Below are positions 50,151 to 61,773 of a stretch of DNA of 64,000 nucleotides, one piece after another (the first letter of the stretch is position 1; each line of letters begins with the position of its first letter). Below the pieces are notes generated by a model. The model did no database searches. It worked only from the letters and a program-made list of their open reading frames with translations, and was not told where the DNA came from. Position numbers and translations under genes: made by a program. The stretch is from Phaeosaccion multiseriatum (Eukaryota > Protista > Ochrophyta, other classes). The stretch spans positions 4,464,001 through 4,528,000 of the forward strand of contig OZ218952.1 of NCBI GenBank assembly GCA_965112735.1, given 5' to 3'.

Positions 50151-50516
50151 CTCAAACCCAAACTCTTGTCAGAGGCTCAATGTATCGGCCTCACCCTCCC
50201 CCTCACCCAACAACAACAGGCACATGTGTGTACTTAGGTACCTACACACGTGTCTGCCTGCCTACCTCCCTACCTACCTTGATCCACTTGGCGCGGAGTG
50301 GAATGAAACGGAACGGTCGTGGAACGGAGCGGTGCCCATGGGGGAGTGGGGAGTCGACCTTCGTCGGGTCGTTGGGCAATCGGAAGCGAGGGAAGCGAGG
50401 GAAGCGAGGGCGGTGACAGCGAAGAGATGTCACTGTGGAGTGAAGGCAGCCATGGTCATTCACTGCCATCCAGGACGATGTTGATGCTCCGCGGCTTTAG
50501 TCGTACCTGTATCTCT

Positions 50517-50548
<32 letters not shown>

Positions 50549-51273
50549 TTTCGGCTTTTAGAGGTTTTCAGTTTGCTTTTTACTCTGTTTTTTTTTCGTT
50601 CTTTTCTTTTGTAGAGATCATGAGATGGGAGGGTGGGGGGTGGGGCTTGCACGCTTAGTTCAGCGTTGTGTGGCCATATATTTAGTTGTTTGGAGAGGAA
50701 GGAGAGAGGGCGACAGGAGGGGTGGGCCGCCCTAAGAGGGGCCCCAGGAGAGGCCCTAGGAGGGGATGGACACCCTCCTTACATGCGAGCATAGGCCCGA
50801 GACTTTTGAGGAGCAGGAGGACGAGAGGAGGAGGATGGCGCAACTTTGACGATTTGGGGCACCGATAAATAACGCTTCGGAGCCACGGGTGGGGAGGAGG
50901 GGCTGCAGAGGCACATGGTACCCGGGGGCCCCTCCAGGGTACCACGGGGGGCGACCGAGGGACCGACCGACCGACCGATCGACTGATCGACTGATCGAGA
51001 CGAGGGGAGGGAGGGGAGGGGAGAAGCTGGAACGAGGAAGGGGGGGGCAAGGGGGTATCCCACTTGGAGCCTAATTTTACGTGAGCTTAGACAATATACG
51101 TGTAGAGGGGGAGAAGGAATAATGAACAATGAGCCTCATTTTACGTGAGCTTGGACAATATACGTGAATATGTGATCCGAGACAATATACTTGTATAGGG
51201 CGATTTAACACACCATAATGGAATAATGAACAATGAACAAACACGCAGAAACAGAAAGGGGGGGGGAGGAAGA

Positions 51274-52455
51274 TATATATATATATATAATATATATATA
51301 TATATGTAATATATATATAAAGGGTGTCATCTATGATTGTCTAAAAGTAATGTCTCACCGCCCCGGGGAACTTAGCCCCTGAGATCGTATCCCTCCGATG
51401 CGTCAGTTCTCCCGATTGGCATAAAGTTGATGCCAGCCAGGATCCTATGGCGAATCGATCTTTCGTGACGAGCCCGCTGGAGCGCAACGGCCAAACGCCG
51501 CCGAATGACGCAAACAGCCCTCGCATAAGCCCTCATGTCCAGATGTTCGTGCCCCCCAGCCATGTGGGTGGCGAGTGTTTTGATAAACATCTGTGCTGAC
51601 GGACCGAATGCGCCTTGCTGCTCCATCCCAAAAGGGACGAGATGATACCTCGTGGGGTCATAGTGGATGTCTCCACCCTGGCCCTCCATGCCTCCATGTG
51701 GCACACCATACCTGGTGCGCTTGGTTGCTTCAGCCTTCTTGGCTGCCGCGAGTGCCTCCTTCGATGCCTTGGCCCGATTGGTAATGTTGGTGGCATCCGT
51801 GAGCGTGACGTCGATCATGAGGGACTTGTGGCCGTCCCCATATTCATGGTCGGATGGAAGCTCAAACATCCTGGGGGGAGTCACGATGTCCATCTCCATC
51901 TGCTTGGCCACGTGGGCGTCACCCCTCACGGCGTTGCTCCCCCCTCTCCCTCGTCGCGGGGTGACCGTTCTTGCCCTCATGAAGAAGGGGAAGCTGGTAT
52001 TCTGGACTATCCCTCTGCCCAGGCCCTCGCTCTTCATCAGGGCGACAAGTGCCTTCTGCATAGCGTCGTGTTGGGGTGTGCTGAGCCCCGTCTTCGTGCA
52101 GGTGATGATGTGCCCCTCCGTCAGCGCCTTGCCAGGGCACTTATGGCAGTCGCTGCTCTAGGTGGGATCGATGCCCACCCTGCTCCGAATGGCACTCTTA
52201 TGCTCGGCGTCCGTGAGGTGGAGTGCTCCCCCTGCCTTCTGGAGCACTCAGGCCTCCAGAAGGCAGGGGGAGCACTCCACCTTACCGACGCCGAGCATAA
52301 GAGTGCCATTCGGAGAAGGCTGGGCATCGATCCCACCTACAGCAGGGACTGCCATAAGTGCCCTGGCAAGGCGCTGACGGAGGGGCACATCATCACCTGC
52401 ACGAAGACGGGGCTCAGCACACCCCAACACGACGCTGTGCAGAAGGCACTTGTCG
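51274..52455 (-). mobile_element. 5'-truncated CRE-like non-LTR retrotransposon (zinc knuckle + restriction-like endonuclease) with (TA)n tail and inverted 5' duplication
   Basis: HLTDAEHKSAIRRRLG; CHKC-x8-H-x3-C; QHDAV; endonuclease-like MDIV...LMIDVT...KRTRY...LVPFGMEQQGAFG; stop at 51372; (TA)n ~51274-51319; flanking direct repeat GGGGGAGGAAGA at 51262-51273 and 52455-52466 (TSD). Confidence 0.85.
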
Positions 52456-52632
52456 GGGGAGGAAGAAGAGGAGAAAAAGAGGAAGAAGAGGAAACACGCG
52501 GTGGCATTTGTGAATTATGAATTTCGAAACACCAACTTCCCCCCTTCTTCATTCGCGTCTTTATTCTTTATAGCATTTCCCCTTCTCCCCCCCGACTCCC
52601 CACGGTAAAAGGTGCTTTGAAGTCCGCATTCA

Positions 52633-53105
52633 ATGTCCTCATTCAATGCTTTCAAGTTCGTCGGATGGATGAGTCCCTTGGTGCGGCAGCACCAGCGGAG
52701 TGTCGCTAGGAGTGCTGCTGCTGCTGCCGCGTCTTGCTTTTTCTCCCCGACCCGGTGCCACTCCACTGGCACCAACAGTAGGGGAAGAACCATTGTGAGG
52801 GATCCCCGGAAGAAGTCGACACCACGCCCTCAACCGCCGGTAAGATAGAGGTGGATAGGCTTAATTATTGCACCATCCTGCCTTACCCCCCCCCCCTCCC
52901 GCAAACCTTTTCCTTTAAGGCCGTCCCGCGAAATCATCTGCAAGAGCAGCAACAACAACTCCAGCATCAGCAGCAGCAGCAGCAGCAAGTGTTCCCTCCT
53001 CCTGCGCCCCCGCAAGGTTTCGGAACCATGTTGAAGGAGGCCTTCGTTTATGGTATAGGGATCAGCCTTGCCTTTATCGTCGTGCGGGTGTTATTCGGCA
53101 TATAA
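52633..53105 (+). CDS. Small two-exon protein, likely mitochondrial, with C-terminal hydrophobic segment
   Basis: Arg/Ser/Ala-rich presequence-like N-terminus; in-frame intron CCG|GTAAG...TTTAAG|GCC; tail GFGTMLKEAFVYGIGISLAFIVVRVLFGI. Confidence 0.6.
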
Positions 53106-53174
53106 CGAAAAGATGATTAGAGAAATAATGCGAGGAAGGGAGGGAAAGAGAGAGCCGAGTAGGGAGAGACACGC

Positions 53175-53212
<38 letters not shown>

Positions 53213-53516
53213 GGTGATGACGACGACGACGACGACGAGGAAGAAGAGGAGGAGAAAAATGCTCCAAGAAGCGGAACAGAGCGGGTGGCCAACTCAGCGC
53301 ATGTGTTTTGGTGCTGCATTTCAGAGGTGGAAGGAGGAATGGCTGCTTAACATCCAAATGAGTGAAGGAGGAAGGGCTGCTTGACATCCAAATGAGTGAG
53401 AGGAGGAAGACGCGTTAGTCATGTGGTCGTGGCGCGGCAAGTTGTTGAGAAGTTGGGAGTTGGGTGCCCGACAGGCAGGGCAGGGGAGGAGCAATGGACT
53501 TTCTTACTCAACGCCG

Positions 53517-53646
53517 ATGACTGAGGCGATGCAAATGTATTCGCAGACTCAGATCCTGAGTGAAAGAATAGCGGAATAAGAATAGCGGTTTGTCTTTGTT
53601 CACTCAGAATCAGAGTCTGCGAATACATTAGCATCACCTCTGGCAT
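53517..53646. ncRNA. Long imperfect hairpin, candidate pre-miRNA (or MITE remnant)
   Basis: 37-bp arms 53528-53564 / 53599-53635 with 3 mismatches and a 34-nt loop; pairing extends outward imperfectly; intergenic. Confidence 0.4.
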
Positions 53647-54359
53647 GGAGAGTAGCAGTGGAGCTCTGCTGCCCTGTTTGGGGCAACAAGTGTGCGATTA
53701 ATAAAAAGGGGGAAACCACAAGCAGAATACAGTTGTAGAGAAGGAGTGGGGAATGGGCAGAGAGGATTGTATGTCGCCGAAAGAGCCGAGCTTCAATCCT
53801 TTCATTGGAGCGTCAGAGCAATCCATGAGGAGGATAGAGCAATCCATGGGGAGCTACAATGCATTCATTGGAGCGTCAGAGCAATCCATGCGAGAGTGTG
53901 GAGAGGCGTTTTCTCTGTGGTGGGGTTCTCCCAACCTTGTCCTCTTGTATTCAAACGTAAAGATTCTCTAAATTGCTGCCTTTCAGCCCGCCCCCAAAGG
54001 CTATGGCACTCTCCCCACTATGTACATGGCTGCTGTGAGTGTGCTTAGTTTAGAGGGATCTGCTGCTGTGAGTGTGGTTCTCGCCTAGGCCTGCTGCTTC
54101 TCCTCCTGCTGCTTCTGCTCCTGCCCCTGCCCCTGCTCGCGGTAGATGCCATCAGATGCCATCATTCCCCTCTCGAGTCAAAGGCGTAACACTGATCGTC
54201 TGTCGCCCCAAAGAGCGATGCTCACACGAGCAGCAGTAAGAAGAACACCACAACAGCAGCTTGAAGTTGCGTGTGGATGTGCATGCGTGCGTGCGCGCGT
54301 GTGTGTGTGATGTGTCTCCGTTGAGTGTGCGTGTGTGTGTGCGCGTGTGTGCGCGTGCG

Positions 54360-54426
54360 TATGCCTGGATATGATATGCCTGGATATGATATGCCTGGAT
54401 ATGATATGCCTGGATATGATATGCCT
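54360..54426. repeat. 15-bp tandem repeat (TATGCCTGGATATGA)x~4.5 just 3' of DHDPS stop
   Basis: Direct reading. Confidence 0.9.
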
Positions 54427-54437
54427 GCCCCGATCCA

Positions 54438-57020
54438 TCATACGCAACCCGCTTGCCGCAAGGCCTGTTCCACCACGGCGTGGTTTGACTCCTCCAACTC
54501 CGTCAAGGGTAGCCTAAGGTGCCCCGTGCTCGCCTTGCCCATCCGATTGAGTGCCCACTTGGTGGGAATAGGGTTGCTCTCGCTAAAGAGATGAGTGTGA
54601 AGACCGTCTAACTTGCCGTCAATGGCTTGAGCCGCTTCCTTGTCTCCGGCCCTGATCTTGGCCAGCATTTCGGACATTTCCTTTGGTGCCACGTTGGCAG
54701 TTACGCTGATAACCCCCACCCCTCCTTCCAAGCAGAAGTCTTTGCCCCCCAAATCGTCTCCGCTGTACAGCATAAACCCCTTCTCACACTGCTCCAGAAG
54801 CGGAGCTACTCGCGTATTATCTGTGTGTTTGTTTGAATTGAGTGAGTGGAGCAGGTGGGTGGGTGGGTGGGGAGGGTGGGGCAGGTGGACAGTGGACGAG
54901 GGGGAGGGGGAGGGCAGGAGGCAGGAAGGGCAGGAAGGAAAGGCCGGAGCAGAGGAGGCGCCAGGACCGGGCAGTCAGGCGACGCAACGAGCGGAGAGGA
55001 GGGGGGAGGGAGGGTAGAGGAGCGGGGAGGAGGGAGGGAAGGGCTTTCAGGAAATAGCGCCACATACTTTCATTCCCTCACCCCCCCTCCCTCCCGAGGG
55101 CTGGTGACACACACAGGCGCACACACCCACACCCACACACACACGCAACACATACACCCACGCACACACGCACACACACACACACGCACACACACACATG
55201 CACTCTCTCTCGCACACACACGCACACACACACACGTACCTCCCGTGGCCTCCTTGATACCCACTATGCGGGGGTGCTTCGAACACTCCGCTACTGTCCC
55301 CGCCTCCATGTCCACGCCTGTCCGCCCCGGCACGTTGTACATAATAAGGGGCAAGTCGACGCCATCTGCAACGAAGTTATAAAACTGGACCAGCCCATTC
55401 TGAGTGGGCTTGACGTAGTAAGGAGTCACCTGCGCATTGTCATACAACATCGTTGGACATCGTTGACAAGTTTACATCGCGAGGTGGAGGGGGGGTGGAG
55501 AAGGGTAAGGAAGGTGTGGGAAATGTGAGGAGGGAGAAAGACCGATACAATATACTAAAATTTGACATGACTCGCCACTTAATATACCCACTTTCAAAGG
55601 GACGGGGCAAGGCACGAAGCACGGAACCACGGAACCACGCTCTCATACTCACACCCACACCCACGCACATCCACTCGCACAACCGTTTGACAGCAAACAC
55701 TACACACATACAAACTCGCACAGAGCGCGCACTGATGGAGCCCGACACTCAGGCACTACCAATCAGTCACTGACACCAACACTGCCATCAACTAATCAGT
55801 CAGTCAGTCACCCAGTCATTCAGTCCGTGGGTCAATCAGTCAGTCGGTCCATGAGTCAGTCAGTCAGTCAGTCAGTCAGGCAGTCACGCAACGTACCACA
55901 AGTACGCCATCTGCCCCACACTCGATGGCCTGCTGCCCGTACTCCACCACGTGGTGAGGATTAATACCGCCCGTGCCCACCACAATGGGGAGCTTGCCCC
56001 CCACCTCCTCCCTGGTAATGTCTAGCACTGTTCTGCGCTCTGCCATGCTCAGCGTGGAGGCCTCCCCCGTTGTGCCTAGTGCAACTATTCCGTCTGTTCC
56101 TGCCTCGAGGTGCCATCGCAGCAGCCCACGCAGACTGTCTTCATCCACCGCCCCTGAGGTGGACATTGGAGTTACCAATGCTACGTACGACCCTGGCCCA
56201 ATGTCGAGCTGTTGTCGGAGGAGGCACAGCAATGCACAGCCAACCAAGACGCGGAGGGAGGAGAAGGGGTGGCGGGAAGGGAAGGGGGGGGCGATGAGCT
56301 TTCACCTCTAAAGAGCAAAGGGTATTCGGAGGGCTTTGGAGGACCGGGCCATCAGTCACAAAAGAGAGATAAAAAAAGGTTTTAAGGGGGTTACGCAGCC
56401 GATACGCCGACACGCCCGACACGTTCGTGGCAACGTATCGGGATGCGCAGTCCATGTAGGGAGACGAGCACCCTTTGACGGAGCTGTGTTCCCTCTCCGA
56501 GCGATGTTGCTGTGAAAGCACCACCGTACTGCGATTGCCCTGCCCCCAGCAGGCAGGCAGGCACATAGTATTGTCCCTTTATGCTCATGACACAACCGAC
56601 AAAAACACACGCACCCGCATCTCCAGGCTGCGAGCTGAAGATCCGGCATGGTCTGATTGAGGAGGAGGTTGCGGGGGGAGGGGGCAAAGGGGTGAGTGCC
56701 TTCCGAAGACCAGCCGACCAGAACAAGATGTACTCACTTGAGGCCCTGACTCTTGAAGTACTCCGCAGCTGTGGGCGAGAGCATCGTAAACCTGATCCCA
56801 CGCCTGCTGATCAATGCGGCAAGGGAGGAGGTCATGCCTCTGCGCCGGAATCGCCTCCTATGCAAAGAAAAATCGCCTCCTCTCGCTTCCCCACAAAAAG
56901 CGAACATGTGCCTCTGTTTGACAGCCCTTACCCACCTGTTGCTGTGAATGCAAATCCCTCCACTCCGCACGCAAGAAGAGCCAGAGCGACAGGCAAGAGC
57001 CGCAGGCAAGTAGAGCCCAT
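54438..57020 (-). CDS. dapA: 4-hydroxy-tetrahydrodipicolinate synthase (DHDPS), likely plastid-targeted, multi-exon; 5' exons uncertain
   Basis: [10 protein letters not shown]; [10 protein letters not shown]; VTPYYVKP; YNVPGRTG; IVGIKEATG (Schiff-base Lys); YSGDD; [11 protein letters not shown]; candidate first exon [23 protein letters not shown]. Confidence 0.93.
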
Positions 57021-57430
57021 GCCGAACGCGAGCAGCAGCAAGAGATTTTTGCACCAACCTTTAAGCCCACCCCCCTGAGGCAAAAGTTTGCGCTTGGCTC
57101 CCAGGGGGGAATAGAGAAGGGGACCGCCAAACAGAGATAAACCAGAGATAACTAAGCAGAGAGAGAGGGGCACAGAGCCCAGTATATGTAGAGGGGGTGT
57201 AGAAGCAGCAGAGGGGAGACAACAGGGAGTAGTAAACTGAGAAGGGAGGAACTGGCTCCGAAAGGTTTACGCCACTTTCAAGGAAAAACGGAGAAGAGGA
57301 GAAGAGGACAAGAAAGATAAGCGGCGAAGGGCGGTAACGAGGAGAAAGTCGGGACTGGGACGAAGGAAGGAGTCCCGTAGAGGCTCCGAAACGGGCAGAG
57401 GAGGGAGACACCAAACCGAGTACAAGGACA

Positions 57431-58953
57431 ATGGAGGTAAAGTATCCCCTCTCGTCCTGCACCTTCTCTTCGAGCCGTACCATACCAACTCACCCCCCCT
57501 TCCCCTTGTCTGGCTCTCCCTTCCCTACCACCACTCTGAAGGCTCTCGTCAATGCCGCTTACGACAAAATTTCGGAGGACGTTATCCTTCTCTACGACGC
57601 GTATCTGGCCTTCGAGGCGGTGCGTGTGGGGCGAGCTTCGCTCTCTGTCTGACGAACGACTGCTGCTGTTGTTGTTGTTGTTGTTGTTGGTGGTGGTGAT
57701 GGTGGTGGTTGTTTTGATGCTTGCTGCTTGGCTATACGTACCACATTCCGTCTCCGTCCCCCCCCTCCTCTCACCCTGACTGACACCCCCCCCTCCCATC
57801 CTCCCCTCTCCTCTCTCTTGTTAATTCGTCTCGGCAGACGGAGCCCCGCCCCCCCCTCAATGTAATGCTCAAAGCCATTCGGCAGGTCCTAAGGGAGGAG
57901 GACCGAAAGTCGGGCAAGTGGGTGGGCAATAGCAAGAGCGCAGACGACCTCAGATTGGAGCTCAGCCCAGCCAAGGGGGCCATGACCACTGAGATCAGTA
58001 AGGTAGGTGACTGACTGACTGACTTACCGACTGACTGACTGACTTACCGACTGGCTAGCATGGAGAGGGAGGGAGAGAGAGAGAGACTCAGCTCCCTCCC
58101 CACGTCGACCTGCTCTGCATCCTGCCCCTGCCCATCAGCCTGACTTGCTGCTCCTCCCTGCCCCCACATACTTGCCCATATGCTTGGCTTGCAGAAATTG
58201 GAGATGGAGGACGCAGCGGCCGCTGACGAGGAGCTTGAGGAGACAGTCCTGCTCAACTTCCTGAGAGCACTCCTCACCTCTGCGCTTAGCGACCTGGCAG
58301 TGGTGAGTGAGTGAGTGAGGGTGGGAGGAAGGAAGGGAAACGAAGGGAGGGAGGAGGGAGTGAGTGAGTGAGGAGTGAGCCAGTGATTGAGTTGTGGAGA
58401 CAAGCCGCCATGGACCGAGCAACACTCGGATGAGCAGCACTCGGATGGCCGAGGAGCGTCTGTTTCATGGGCTTTCTGTCAGTTTCATCTGTCTCTTGTT
58501 TCGTGGGGGGAGGAGGCCTCTGAGGCTGTGGCTGTGTGGCTTGTCCCGCTCAAGGAGGGGTGGACGTGCCGACTGACGAGGAGGCGAGGAGCGAGGAGAG
58601 AGATGGAGGAAGAGAGAAAGAGGGAGAGAGAGAAAGAGAGAGGATGCGAGGATGAGTCGATAGCCGATCGAAGCGTGGTACTGCTACGTCACTTCCGTCG
58701 TACGATCACGTCTATCACCGGAAACAGACCAACTCACACCGCACTGGCGGTGCGACTTGCCGAATGAGGACGCAACTTGCCAATCACTCAATCCGCGACT
58801 CACCCACCCAATCCGACCCCTCCCCTCCACCCCTCCCCTCCACCCCTGTCTGCTTTGTGTGTTGCTCCGTATGCTCTTCTCAGTTGCCCTTTTGGGCTGT
58901 CAAAATCTCGGCAGTAGCACACAGAGGGCGCCTACCGGAGCTCTTTCCTTTCC

Positions 58954-58988
<35 letters not shown>

Positions 58989-61187
58989 GGTGTGTGTGTG
59001 TGTGTGGGTGTGTGTGTGTGTGTGTGTGTGTGGATGGGTATGTGGGTATAGGCCGCGTCCTTGGGTGCTTGGGTAGGGCATTGATTGGTCGGCTTGCTTG
59101 CTTGCTTGCTTGTCTTTGGTTGCTTGCTTGCCTTTCTTGGTTGGTAGGTAGGCTTTGGCTTGCTTCTTGGTTGCGTGGTTGGTTGGTTATCTGTAGGCAG
59201 CTGTGGGCAACCACCTCCTCACAACTGACAACAAGTACCACGTTGGAAACGGCTGACGAACAAGCAAACGACGCACCACGGGCCAAAGGGACCACTGACC
59301 ACTGGATACCATCCATGATAATGACGACAATGCCATCTAAACCATCCCTCCCTCCGTCCCTCCATCCACTGCCATCTATCCGTTCCTCCCTCCCTCCCTC
59401 CCCTGTCTCAGACCTACGGAGCGGCCTTTGCCGCCATCCTCAAGGCGGAGGGCATATCGGGGCTCTTCAAGGGAGGGGTGCCTGTGTGTCTCGGGGGAAT
59501 TCTGCGCTTCTTCAGGAGGAATCGGCGCCTATACAGTAACTATTACAGAAAGACTTCACACAGGTTGGTTGGTGTGGCTCATGTCAACAGGGCGATGGTT
59601 TACTTGCACATACAATATCGAACGAACAAGTGTGAGCATGCGCTTCTTCCGTCCTGCTGTGTGACTGGCTGTGTGACTGGCTGTGTGACTGGCTGTGTGA
59701 CTGACTGTGTGACTGGCTGTGTGACTGGCTGTGTGACTGACTGTGTAGCTATCTGACTGACTGTGTGACTGGCTGTGTGACTGACTGTGTAGCTATCTGA
59801 CTGACTGTGTGACTGACTGTGTGACTGGCTGTGTGACTGGCTGTGTGACTGACTGTGTAGCTATCTGACTGACTGTGTGACTGGCTGTGTGACTGACTGT
59901 GTAGCTATCTGACTGACTGTGTGACTGGCTGTGTGACTGGCTGTGTGACTGGCTGTGTGACTGGCTGTGTGACTGGCTGTGTGACTGGCTGTTGGCAACG
60001 GACGGGGTGGTGACAGAACACATCTCGACTCGACTCGACTCGACTTGACTTGACTTGACCTGTGACGTACGCACGTACGTGTGTGACGTATCGTGTCGAC
60101 ACTCCCCCTCCGCCTCCCCGCTCAGACTGACGGCCCATCTCCTTCAAGACTCGAAATACGCCCCCAGCAGCAACGACCCTGAGGTCATCGCCTCCACCTA
60201 CGAGGGAGTGGCTGCACGCGCCATGTGGGTAAGTGCGTGATGAAGGGAGGAAGTGAGTATGTGCGTGCTTACGTGGGTGGGTTAGGGAGTGCGCCCGTGC
60301 TTGTATGAGTGCGTGTGTGTGAGTGAGTGAGTAGAGCGAAAGCGCAGAGCCAAGGCATTCCACTGCCCTCCTCTCCCTCTCCCTCTCTGCTTTTAGCTCA
60401 TCATCCCTCTTTGCTTGGTACAAGTTAGAATGCGACTCAAGTTTAAGTAGAAGCCACGTCCAACTCGGTTTTTATCCTTTAATATTGTCCTTTCTTATCC
60501 TGTCTTCTTCGCCCCCCCTCTCGCTCTCTGTTTCTCTCCCTCCCCCCCAACACACACACACACACTCACCGCACGCAACAGGCGGTCCTCCTCCATCCCT
60601 TCGACCTCCTCTCCGTGCGCATGATCACAGATGCCAGCCCTCAATACTCCACATTCGTCCGCAGCGTCCGCCACATCAAGGCCACGTACGGCCTCTCTGG
60701 CTTCCTCACGGGGGTGAGACCTTCCGTTCTCAACGTCATTGTCCCCTTCGGCAACTGGTACCTCCTTGGAATCCCCTTCCTGGTCAAGACGAGGCGCTCG
60801 CTACCGGGCATGGACAAGGTCTTTCGAGCGGGACTTGGGGGCAGTCTCGATATGATTCGAGACATTATTGGGAAGGAGGGGTGGGGAGGGCTGTTCGCGG
60901 GTTTCAGGGCCACTGCCTGGGGCATGCTGCCTGCCTTCGGGGCCTTGTGTGCATCTCGGCTGCTCGTGTATCTCCTGCTCGGCTCTTCGAAGGCGCACAT
61001 GCGGGGACGACGGAGGCGGCGCATTCTGCTATGCCACCTCATCTCCACCCTACGCGGTGAGGGGTCTGGTCGTGGACAGGGGGGTGGATTGTCGCTGTCT
61101 CCGGCAAACTCTTCGTCCATGCGGCCGCTACCAGTAGGCAGGCGTGGGCTCTTCCATCAGAGTAGAGGCGAGGAGGAGGAGAGGTGA
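57431..61187 (+). CDS. Divergent mitochondrial carrier (SLC25-like) protein with N-terminal extension, multi-exon
   Basis: LHPFDLLSVRM (Px[DE]xx[KR]x[RK]-like); ILKAEGISGLFKG; IKATYGLSGFLTG; IIGKEGWGGLFAG; exon structure partly uncertain. Confidence 0.65.
59657..59992. repeat. 12-bp minisatellite (GTGTGACTGGCT)n with interspersed GTGTAGCTATCTGACTGACT variant, intronic
   Basis: Direct reading; the variant recurs four times. Confidence 0.9.
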
Positions 61188-61773
61188 GGACGGAGGGAGT
61201 GAGTTGGGGGAGTGAGTAAGGTGAGAGAGCGTGGGAGCTGGCCACCCGCTCCCTCCCCCACCCATAAGGAAGGCTCCGGGCGGGGCCCCGTGCGGGTTGC
61301 TCCCCTGGCGAGTGAAGTCAGTGACGAGTGAGTCACTGAGCAGAACCGACGGCTGTGTTGTGTTGTGTTGTGTTGTGTTGTGTTGTGTTGTGCTGTAAGT
61401 CTGTGAGGCGCTGCGGTTACCGCGCTGCCATGCGGCCTGTGTTGTTATCTGTCCAGGGCTGCATGTCCATGATCATACATGCGGCAGTTGAGCCTTCGCT
61501 CACACAATTTTGATACCTTGATACATGAACCAAACCCATCGATCGGTGTACATACAATGGAGAGAGACAAGAATAGAATAGACGCGCGTTGTAAACAAAG
61601 GAGGGTACCAAGAGTTGTATAAAAAAAGAAGAATCCATCATGCGTTAAATAAAACGAGAAGCAGGGCCAACGCCCAATGTCTAATTTTAACAATAACCCG
61701 GCCGAGCGCAAGGGGGGGGGGGGTAGCAAAACTGAAACTCAAAATTGCCCCTTCCTCCTTCTGAAACGAGTTA

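Noticed and set aside
51615-52520. 301-aa + strand ORF as a gene
   Set aside because: It is the antisense of the retroelement running into the inverted arm; only its final part is element coding sequence.
12260-61740. Recurring TTTCAG dimers on both strands (e.g. ~12265, ~37535, ~41815, ~49637)
   Set aside because: Too short and simple to separate from ordinary microsatellite seeds by eye.
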